Source: an uncultured Clostridia bacterium (GTDB lineage Bacteria > Bacillota > Clostridia > Christensenellales > CAG-138). Taken from it: a DNA stretch of 64,000 bases. Position 1 is the stretch's first letter. Every line of letters begins with the position of its first letter. The notes beneath the pieces are model-generated. The model had not been told where the DNA came from. It did not search any database and worked only from the letters and a program-made list of their open reading frames with translations. This document shows, in pieces, positions 26,584-33,769 of the stretch. The position numbers and the translations under genes are program-made. The stretch is taken from the NCBI GenBank assembly GCA_947168565.1, contig CAMVMM010000009.1, forward strand, positions 22,292-86,291. Direction: 5' to 3'.

Positions 26584-26886
26584 TTAATGTGAAAACTTTT
26601 CCAATGAGTAGAGCGAAAAGTTCAACCTTTCTACGTCCTGATGATTGCCAAGCGGCAGTTCATTATACATTCCACCGAAAGCCAGGGAAAGAAATGGCAG
26701 CAATGCCAGTTTCCTGCGTGAAAAGCTGATGAAGCAAAAATAATTCCCATCAAAGCTCTTGGATGGGCCTTCCGTAAAGAACGACCAATCGACATGATAG
26801 TAATCCGCTAGCTTTCTCATCTCTTCCTCTGAGAGTCTGAGCAAGGCATCATAATCACCGACACCGTTCCACTTGTAAGCGGTCAT
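26584..26886 (-). CDS. Hypothetical protein, 100 aa, low-G+C orphan
   Basis: The ATG lies 15 nt after the rubrerythrin stop with an AAAGGA SD. Composition is clearly more AT-rich than the neighbours. No recognisable motif (MTAYKWNGVGDYDALLRLSEEEMRKLADYYHVDW...). Confidence 0.5.
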   Translation of the reverse strand: MTAYKWNGVGDYDALLRLSEEEMRKLADYYHVDWSFFTEGPSKSFDGNYFCFISFSRRKLALLPFLSLAFGGMYNELPLGNHQDVERLNFSLYSLEKFSH

Positions 26887-26901
26887 GGGATAATCCTTTG
26901 C

Positions 26902-27444
26902 TTACTTGAAATATCTCTCCAGAAGACCTTTGAAGGCTTTTCCGTGGCGGGCCTCGTCGCGCGCCATCTCGTGAACGGTGTCGTGGATGGCGTCAAGATT
27001 CAGCGCCTTTGCACGCTTTGCAAGGTCGGTCTTGCCTGCGGTGGCGCCGTTCTCGGCCTCAACGCGCATCTCAAGGTTCTTCTTGGTGCTGGGGGTAACC
27101 ACCTCGCCCAGAAGCTCAGCGAACTTCGCCGCATGCTCGGCCTCCTCCCATGCCGCCTTTTCCCAGTAAAGGCCGATCTCGGGATAGCCCTCGCGGTGAG
27201 CAACGCGCGCCATGGCAAGATACATTCCGACCTCGGAGCATTCGCCCTGGAAATTCATGCGCAGATCGGCAATGATATCCTCGGGAGCGCCCTCGGCAAC
27301 GCCGACCACGTGCTCGGCAGCCCAGCTCATTTCACCGCTCTGCTCGGTGAATTTGGAAGCGGGGGCGTGGCACTGGGGGCATTCGGCGGGAGCCTCGTTG
27401 CCCTCGAAAACATAGCCGCAAACGGAACATACAAACTTTTTCAT
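26902..27444 (-). CDS. rbr: Reverse rubrerythrin (N-terminal rubredoxin-like domain plus C-terminal diiron four-helix bundle), 180 aa
   Basis: N-terminal CSVCGY...CPQCHAP, then diiron ligand motifs ([26 protein letters not shown]). ATG 27444 lies behind GGAGG. Confidence 0.9.
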   Translation of the reverse strand: MKKFVCSVCGYVFEGNEAPAECPQCHAPASKFTEQSGEMSWAAEHVVGVAEGAPEDIIADLRMNFQGECSEVGMYLAMARVAHREGYPEIGLYWEKAAWEEAEHAAKFAELLGEVVTPSTKKNLEMRVEAENGATAGKTDLAKRAKALNLDAIHDTVHEMARDEARHGKAFKGLLERYFK

Positions 27445-27630
27445 ATTAACCTCCAATAATTGTGAATTACGGCAGCCGCAGCACAAGATGTTGTGGCAAG
27501 CCGCGCTTTTGGGTACAAGACTATTTTATCATATATTAACAAAAAGTCAATAATTTATTTTAAAATTCGGCAATATATTGCGCGCAATCAGATCTGACCG
27601 CGCTTAAAATCGCAAGCTTCTGAAATTTGA

Positions 27631-27659
27631 TTGATTTTAAACGCAAAAAATGGTAAAAT
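27631..27659 (+). promoter_or_regulatory. Sigma-A type promoter upstream of the phosphatase gene
   Basis: TTGATT, a 17-nt spacer, then TGgTAAAAT. Confidence 0.5.
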
Positions 27660-27726
27660 GGTATAGAGTGCGGGAGTATGCGCACTCAGTTTCGGCGCGG
27701 CGCGGGCCGCCTGATCGGAGGAAAAA

Positions 27727-28533
27727 ATGATAGATATTCATAATCATATCGTTTGGGGAATAGACGACGGCTCATCAAACGAGGATATTTCGCTTGAAAT
27801 GGGTCTTATTGCCGTTTCCTCCGGCATTTCGGATATCATCGCCACTCCGCACTGCATACCCGGCTCCTTTGAAAACTACTGCGGGCAGGAATTTGACGAG
27901 GCTTTTTTCAGGCTCCGCGAAAAGCTGAAGCAGGAGAGATCCACCTCAAGGCTGAATATTCACCGGGGCATGGAGGTTTTTGCCTGCGAAACCACTCCGC
28001 AGGATCTTGAAAGCGGCAGAATATGCTGCCTTGCCGAATCAAACTATATGCTCATTGAATGCGAATTCGGCGAGGATCCGTGGTTTTTCAGGGACGTGCT
28101 CGGCGCACTTTTGCAGCGCGGAGTGCGCCCCATCATCGCGCATCCCGAGCGCTATTATTTCGTTCAGGACGACACAAGATTCATCTTCGACCTTTTGAAC
28201 ATGGGCTGCGCCCTCCAGCTCGACAGCGCAAGCATCACCGGCGATTTCGGCAGGGAGTGCCGCTCCGTGGCGCTTGAGCTCTTATCAAGCAGCGCGGTGC
28301 AGCTTGTGGGAAGCGATGCACACGACACCGCCACGCGCACGCCCGATATGCGCGAGGCTGCGGATATTGTGGCAAGGAATTTTTCCGTAAACTATGCGAA
28401 CCTGCTATTCTATGAAAATCCCAAGCGCATCCTCTCAAACCGCACGCTGCTGTTTCGCGGTCAATCCCCGTCGGGCGGCAGATCGCGGCCCAGCTCCCGC
28501 TATATGTCCGACGAGGAATACTGGGGAGTATAG
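27727..28533 (+). CDS. PHP-family protein-tyrosine phosphatase (CpsB/YwqE type)
   Basis: MIDIHNHIVWGIDDG ... IIATPH ... IIAHPERY ... GSDAHD, the metal-binding pattern of CpsB/YwqE. No adjacent CpsC/CpsD kinase genes. Confidence 0.8.
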   Translation: MIDIHNHIVWGIDDGSSNEDISLEMGLIAVSSGISDIIATPHCIPGSFENYCGQEFDEAFFRLREKLKQERSTSRLNIHRGMEVFACETTPQDLESGRICCLAESNYMLIECEFGEDPWFFRDVLGALLQRGVRPIIAHPERYYFVQDDTRFIFDLLNMGCALQLDSASITGDFGRECRSVALELLSSSAVQLVGSDAHDTATRTPDMREAADIVARNFSVNYANLLFYENPKRILSNRTLLFRGQSPSGGRSRPSSRYMSDEEYWGV

Positions 28534-28593
28534 CGCCGAAGGATATTCAGCTTGCGGCTCTGCGGGAGAGCGCGGATCAAAGCCGAGCCAACG

Positions 28594-29286
28594 CTAAAGC
28601 CTTTCCGAAAGATAGGCGTTCAGCTTTGTGAGCGCGCGCTTCTCTATCCTTGAAACATATGATCTGGAGATGCCGAGCAGCTTTGCAACCTCCCTTTGCG
28701 CAAGCGGAACGCCGTCCTTCAGCCCGTAGCGCAGTATCACCACGATGCGCTCCTGCTCCGAAAGCAGCCTGCCGACTGCGGCTCGAAGCGTTTTCGCGTT
28801 CGAAGCTTCTATCACGCTGTCCGTAAGCGGAGCATCGCCGCTTGCAAGCACGTCCGAAAGGGTGATCTCGTTTCCGTCGCGGTCGCTGCCGATTGGCTCC
28901 TCAAGTGAAATATCGCCCCTGTACTTCTTTTCTCCTCTTATGGACATCAGTATTTCGTTTTCGATGCAGCGCGAGGCATAGCCCGCCACGCTTTTGCATT
29001 TTTCGCCGTTGAAGGTGTCCACCGCCTTTATCAGGCCAACGGTTCCTATTGATATTAGATCGTCCGCGCTTCTTGAAGGCGAAGCGTATTTCTTTGCAAT
29101 ATGAGCCACAAGCCGAAGGTTGTGCTCGATAAGCTTGTTTCTTGCCTCCGCGTCGCCGCTTTCAAGTTTTTTCGTAAGCTCCGCTTCTTCCTTTTGCGAA
29201 AGCGGCGGGGGAAAGCTGCCTTTAGGCGTTATCGCGCCCACAAGCACGAATATGCTTTTTATCAGCTCTATCAATGCACCTATCAT
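28594..29286 (-). CDS. sigK: Sporulation sigma factor SigK (pro-form, uninterrupted)
   Basis: GSFPPPLSQKEE...ARNKLIEHNLRLVAHIAKKY, CIENEILM and GISRSYVSRIEKRAL closely parallel B. subtilis SigK. A ~20-aa hydrophobic pro-sequence is present. No intervening element. Confidence 0.85.
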   Translation of the reverse strand: MIGALIELIKSIFVLVGAITPKGSFPPPLSQKEEAELTKKLESGDAEARNKLIEHNLRLVAHIAKKYASPSRSADDLISIGTVGLIKAVDTFNGEKCKSVAGYASRCIENEILMSIRGEKKYRGDISLEEPIGSDRDGNEITLSDVLASGDAPLTDSVIEASNAKTLRAAVGRLLSEQERIVVILRYGLKDGVPLAQREVAKLLGISRSYVSRIEKRALTKLNAYLSERL

Positions 29287-29311
29287 AAAAGCCTCCTTGA
29301 TCTCGCTGATG

Positions 29312-29341
29312 ATATATATGCGCCCGCTTGTGATTTTATGT
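29312..29341 (-). promoter_or_regulatory. Candidate mother-cell (sigma-E/K type) promoter of sigK
   Basis: The minus strand reads ACATAAA, a 14-nt spacer, then CATATATAT, about 25 nt upstream of the SD. This resembles the kmATAww / CATACAmT patterns. Motif match only. Confidence 0.3.
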
Positions 29342-29434
29342 CGGTATTTGTTTTTCTTTGTGTCGATTTGACATTTTTTGTTTGAAAATGTGCTTTTTTA
29401 ATCGCAATTCCATGGTCTTGTATAAAAATTTTTG

Positions 29435-29463
29435 TTGATAAATCGGAAAATATAAAGTAAAAT
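29435..29463 (+). promoter_or_regulatory. Sigma-A type promoter of the Spo0A-like gene
   Basis: TTGATA, a 17-nt spacer, then TAAAAT, about 30 nt before GTG 29496 (SD GGAGGGAG). Confidence 0.5.
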
Positions 29464-29495
29464 CTTATCAGCAAAACAGATAGGAGGGAGAGCAG

Positions 29496-30398
29496 GTGAA
29501 CAGCTTTGATTTGGGAACGGGCGCTTTCAAGCAAAAGCCGCTTGCGATGCTGCTTTTTGATGCTGATGAAGCGGGCGATGATTCGGAGGAGCGCAAAGGC
29601 TCGGAGAGGCTAAGCCGTGCCGCAGAGCAGTCCTATCCAAGCAGGCTGAGGACTGCGCTGGAGAAGCATTTTCGCGTTGTGTCCATAGTCGGAAACTGCA
29701 GCGAGCTTTGGACGGAGCTTTTCAACGAGATACCGAACGTGCTTATCGTGAGCAGCGCCCTGCGCGAGTTTGACGCGGTCGGGCTTATCCGCAGCCTGAA
29801 ATCAAGCCGAAACAGCTATGATATCCGCTTCTTTCTGAGCTGCAGGCGCGTGAACGCCTCCATAATGAGCGTTTGCCGCGCGGAGGGCATAGACGGCTGC
29901 ATACCGCTTGATGAGGACGTGGATATGTCCGCAGCCCGCGTGTTTGAGCAGTACAGCTCGCTTGAAAAGTCCGCAGATGAGCGAAGGCTTGAGCTTATCA
30001 AGAAAATGATTGAAAGCGATATGTATTTCAGGGACGTTGCGGTGCGTTTTGAGGAGGATTCAAGGCTCCGCGAAGCGCTGCTGCTCCCGCTCGGCTTCAA
30101 TCCGGAGCATAAGGGCACAAAATACCTTGAGCTGATGATAGGACTGCGAGTGCTCGGCTGTGAAAGCAATATGGCGCTGCTGTATGCTCTGGCGGGCAAT
30201 TGCTTCGGCGTGTCCAAGGCGTCGGTTGAAAAAGCGGTGCGCTATTCCATAGAGCGCGCCTGGAGCGGCTCGACCCCCTATATGCAGTATCGGTTATTCG
30301 GAAACACGGTCGATTCCGAAAAGGGCAAGCCGACCAATGCGGAATTTGTTGAAACCCTGGTGCGGCACACTATCGATTATTACAAGCCCGGCTTTTGA
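29496..30398 (+). CDS. Spo0A-like protein: degenerate (pseudo-)receiver domain plus conserved Spo0A C-terminal DNA-binding domain
   Basis: The C-terminus (HKGTKYLELMIG...VSKASVEKAVRYSIERAWS...GKPTNAEFVETLV) aligns with Spo0A-C (HIKGYLYLREAI...ASRVERAIRHAIEVAWS...AKPTNSEFIAMVA). In the N-terminal REC-like fold the phospho-acceptor position reads IVSSAL instead of LVLDIIMP, and the conserved Lys is missing. Confidence 0.8.
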   Translation: MNSFDLGTGAFKQKPLAMLLFDADEAGDDSEERKGSERLSRAAEQSYPSRLRTALEKHFRVVSIVGNCSELWTELFNEIPNVLIVSSALREFDAVGLIRSLKSSRNSYDIRFFLSCRRVNASIMSVCRAEGIDGCIPLDEDVDMSAARVFEQYSSLEKSADERRLELIKKMIESDMYFRDVAVRFEEDSRLREALLLPLGFNPEHKGTKYLELMIGLRVLGCESNMALLYALAGNCFGVSKASVEKAVRYSIERAWSGSTPYMQYRLFGNTVDSEKGKPTNAEFVETLVRHTIDYYKPGF

Positions 30399-31696
30399 TG
30401 CGGGCAAGCTTGGCATTAACTATGGTTATTATCGGAAACGGAAGGCTTATCCGCTTCACCTCGGGCGAGTTTTGCATCGAGGGCGGCGCGGTATGCGTTG
30501 AGGGCAAAAGCGTTAAGGATTTTGGCGCGGATGCGGAGCTTCGGCAAAAGTACCCGGAGGCTGATTATATTGACGCGCGCGGGGGCTTGATAATGCCGGG
30601 CCTTATAGACGCGCATTCCCGCGCCCGCTACTGCATGCTGCACCACCGTGAAATTCCATCCTTCAAGCCGGAGGAGAGCAGCCGCCTTGCAGATGGGCTT
30701 CTGCGGAGGATGGACGAAAAAACGAATCACGATGAGCTCATCTCAACTGCCCTGCATCATGCGCGGCGCTGCATTAAAAGCGGAATCACGACCGTGTTCG
30801 AGCATCACGTTTCCCCGTCGGATCCGTGCGGAAGCCTGATCACCCTTGCGGGCGTTTACCGTGAGTGCGGAATAAGAGCGTGCCTTGATTATGAGGTGAG
30901 CAGCAGATTCGGCACGCGGCACGCGATGGCGGCGGTAAAGGAAAGCGTGGAGTTTATAGAATACTGCGAGGAGCTGAATATTGATACCGTGAAGCCCATG
31001 ATAGGGCTCGGCAATTCACTTTACCTCAGCAACGAGCAGCTTGAGGACTGCATAAGATCGGCAAACGGCAGGGCGGGGTTTCATATCCAAGCGGGCGGAT
31101 CGGTTGAGGAGGTTTCCTTTTCCATAAGAAAATTCGGGGCGCGTCCGCTTCAAAGGCTTGACAGGCTTGGGATCATAGGCTCTCGGAGCATCGTTTCGGG
31201 CTGTGTGTACGCAGATTCCGACGAATGGGAGCTTCTGCTTTCGCGCGGGGGCTTTGCAGCGCTCACGCCGAATCTCGCAATGCTTATGGGCGGCGCGTAT
31301 AAAAGCGCGGCGCTTGGGGCGGTGATGAGCGAACGGGCCTGCATCTGAAGCGCTCCGCTTTCAGGCGAACTGATAAGCGCTGCGCACGCCCTCTGCGGAA
31401 TGCTTGCTCTGGACGGGGCGGCGCAGGAGGATTACAGAACTCCGGGCGCGAAAATGCTGTTTCACGCAAACCCGCTGCTTGCTTCCGGGGTGTTCGGCGC
31501 CGGCCTTGGCAGAATCGAGATAGGCGCGCCCGCAGATCTGATCGTTATGGAAACAAACGAACCGGCTTCTCCCGAAACCGAGGAGGAGTGCTTTTCGCTT
31601 CTTACGGATTTCGGAACCCGCTGCACCCATACTTTTGTCGCGGGCAGGCTTTTGATGCGGGACGGAGAGCTGCTGAACGACGATATGACGCTCTGA
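30398..31696 (+). pseudogene. Amidohydrolase-superfamily (chlorohydrolase/SsnA/MtaD-like) gene interrupted by one in-frame TGA (31346-31348), with degenerate metal ligands
   Basis: Track ORFs 30395..31348 and 31400..31696 are in the same frame with a single TGA between them. The fold is recognisable (PGLIDAHSR.., ..GAPADLIVME...FVAGRLLMRDGELL), but HxH reads HSR and later His/Asp ligand positions are substituted. The ATG overlaps the upstream TGA (TGATG). Confidence 0.65.
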
Positions 31697-31751
31697 TACA
31701 GGCCGAACCCGTTTTTTTAAACACGATCCATTCAACACGATCCATCCGACC

Positions 31752-33200
31752 ATGAGTGAGCTGCGTAAAAAAGAGAACAATTTGCGCGTGGATGCTCCTC
31801 CCGCTCCCGAAGCTTCACAGCGGGCGGGCGGAGCGTGCGCATTTTCCTATTTTGTGTGCGAAAGCAGGCGGGAGGCGGAGGAGCTCAAAGCAAAGCTTGG
31901 CGATTTCGCGTCCGGAAAGGGTATGCGGATAAACGGCTTTTTCTACGATATAGCCGGGAGGCAGCCCTACGTGCTGCTGAACCTGATAGATATCTGCTCG
32001 AAAAGGAAAAACGCAAAGCTGCTTGCGCCTTCTCCCGCGCATATCGGCGGCGGAGGTCTTGCCGAGATGGCGCTGAACGCTCACGCCGCGCGGAAAGGAT
32101 TACGCATTATTTACGCCGAGCCCAAGCGCGAACGCCTTGAGATAGGCGGAACGGAGCTCGGCGCATTTCCCGTGCGCGTATTTTTTCTTCAAAATATAGC
32201 GAATTATTTCGGCTTCGGGCAGGACAGATCAAACAGCGCGAGCCCCGGAAGCAGGGGCGGAAAGTGCATTCAGGGCAGGCTCCCCCTGGGCTTTGTGTCC
32301 GCTCACGGCAGAATATGCGTGGATGAGCGGGGCGCGGAAGCGGTGAGGGAGATATTTGCCCGCTTTGCGAGGCTTGAAACCCCAACGGGCATAATTGACG
32401 CTGTTAAAAAGCGCTATCCGGATATAAATTGCCCAACAAGAAATAATATCTATTCGCTGATCTGCAATCCAAGATATATCGGCAGGGGAGAGAGCGCGTT
32501 TCCGCCGATAATTGAAAACAGGCTGTATCTTGATGCCTGCGCGGCCCTGGAAAAAAGAGGTATCTGCGAGCGTGAGCATCTGTTTCTGCTCGACAGCTTG
32601 AGCTGCGCGGGAGGAATAAAGCTTTTGCCGATCGAGTACAGCTCGCGGCTGCACACGAGCGCCTACGCTTCAAAGGGCGCAAAACCGAAGCTCTCCGTGC
32701 GTGCGGACGAAGCGGAAGCCGCCGTTCTCAGCTGCGTTTGCGAATCTCTTTCGGGCGAGATACCGGAGCTGCGCAGGCTCTGCACGGGATCCGCTTCCTT
32801 TGCGGGGCTTTTTCATACCGAAGCCCTGGCGCTTGAAAGCGAGCTTGATGAGGCGGTGGACGAGCTTCTTTCCTCATCCAAAGGCAGCTCCGCTTATGCA
32901 AGAAAATTCTCCGTGCGCTCATTCGACGAGCTCTCCGCACGATGCAGGCTGCTTAAAATCAGAATAGCCCATCTTGAATACCTTCACGGTCTTTTCAGCG
33001 TAACGGAGGAGATGGTGAACGAGTATCTGGGCAGGCTTTCAAGCCTTGAAACGGCATCGAGGCGCGAGAAAAGGTTTTTTCTTGACCATATCGTGAAAAA
33101 CGTTTCGATCGATGAAAACGAGCTTATCGTGTCGGTCTATTGCCCAAGGGGCATAAAGCGCATACGCTCCGCTCTTTGCGCACGGCTTGTGGCGGAATAA
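31752..33200 (+). CDS. Large-serine-recombinase-like protein with a degenerate catalytic domain (482 aa)
   Basis: The recombinase domain is well kept (GRLPLGFVSAHGRICVDERGAEAVREIFARFARLETPTGIIDAVKK...ICNPRYIGRG), as are the coiled-coil and C-terminal tail. The N-terminal resolvase motifs are eroded: YxRxS reads YFVCES, the DRLSR region is absent, and no Zn-ribbon Cys pairs are present. Confidence 0.6.
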   Translation: MSELRKKENNLRVDAPPAPEASQRAGGACAFSYFVCESRREAEELKAKLGDFASGKGMRINGFFYDIAGRQPYVLLNLIDICSKRKNAKLLAPSPAHIGGGGLAEMALNAHAARKGLRIIYAEPKRERLEIGGTELGAFPVRVFFLQNIANYFGFGQDRSNSASPGSRGGKCIQGRLPLGFVSAHGRICVDERGAEAVREIFARFARLETPTGIIDAVKKRYPDINCPTRNNIYSLICNPRYIGRGESAFPPIIENRLYLDACAALEKRGICEREHLFLLDSLSCAGGIKLLPIEYSSRLHTSAYASKGAKPKLSVRADEAEAAVLSCVCESLSGEIPELRRLCTGSASFAGLFHTEALALESELDEAVDELLSSSKGSSAYARKFSVRSFDELSARCRLLKIRIAHLEYLHGLFSVTEEMVNEYLGRLSSLETASRREKRFFLDHIVKNVSIDENELIVSVYCPRGIKRIRSALCARLVAE

Positions 33201-33270
33201 TTTACCTCGGGCTATGGACATATCCCCGCAAATGTGCTATATTTGATATATCAAAACACGGAGGCAGCTT

Positions 33271-33762
33271 ATGGCAAACGCTAAAAAGGTTGGCACACTG
33301 ATAAAAAAAGCCCGCACGGACGCGGGGCTGACGCAGGAGCAGCTTGCGCGCAAGGTAAAGGGCGCGAGCGCGAGCGACATCGGAAGGGCGGAGCGCGGTG
33401 AGAAGGAGCTGACGCAGGAGCAGCTGAAGCAGGTTGCAAAGGCAACGGGCGTTACTCAAAAATCGCTGCTTGACGCGGCAAAGGGCTCGGGCGGCAAGAC
33501 CTCCGGCACGGGAAAGACTTCGGCTGCCACTTCCACAATAAAAGTGACCGCCACCGAAAAGCGCCTTGTGGAGCTTTACAGGAAGGCGGATTCTCAAACG
33601 AGGCAAAACGCGCTCAAGCTTCTCAGGGGCAGCGGCGCGGGCGAGATCGCCGCCGGGGATATTCTTTCCGGCGTGCTGAACGCCATCACCGGAAAGCGCT
33701 CCATGCCCGACGAGGTGCAGCGCAATTCGGAGGAGAGCGCTTCTCAAACCACCGAGGAGTGA
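33271..33762 (+). CDS. XRE-family HTH protein with a Gly/Ser/Thr-rich linker (163 aa)
   Basis: VGTLIKKARTDAGLTQEQLARKV...DIGRAERGEKELTQEQL is an HTH_3 pattern. Confidence 0.75.
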   Translation: MANAKKVGTLIKKARTDAGLTQEQLARKVKGASASDIGRAERGEKELTQEQLKQVAKATGVTQKSLLDAAKGSGGKTSGTGKTSAATSTIKVTATEKRLVELYRKADSQTRQNALKLLRGSGAGEIAAGDILSGVLNAITGKRSMPDEVQRNSEESASQTTEE

Positions 33763-33769
33763 TCAAAGA

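Noticed and set aside
27487-27620. PerR box upstream of the reverse rubrerythrin gene
   Set aside because: The region is AT-rich (…TTAACAAAAAGTCAATAATTTATTTTAAAATT…), but I could not find a clear TTATAATnATTATAA-type dyad.
28594-29286. Skin-type intervening element inside sigK
   Set aside because: The sigK reading frame is continuous from the pro-sequence to region 4.2, so no insertion is present.
31346-31348. In-frame TGA as a selenocysteine codon
   Set aside because: No convincing SECIS-type hairpin follows; only a 6-bp AGCGCT stem with a large loop. No Sec machinery is in the window. The other catalytic ligands of the fold are already degenerate. It is kept as an open question in the findings, but a pseudogene is favoured.
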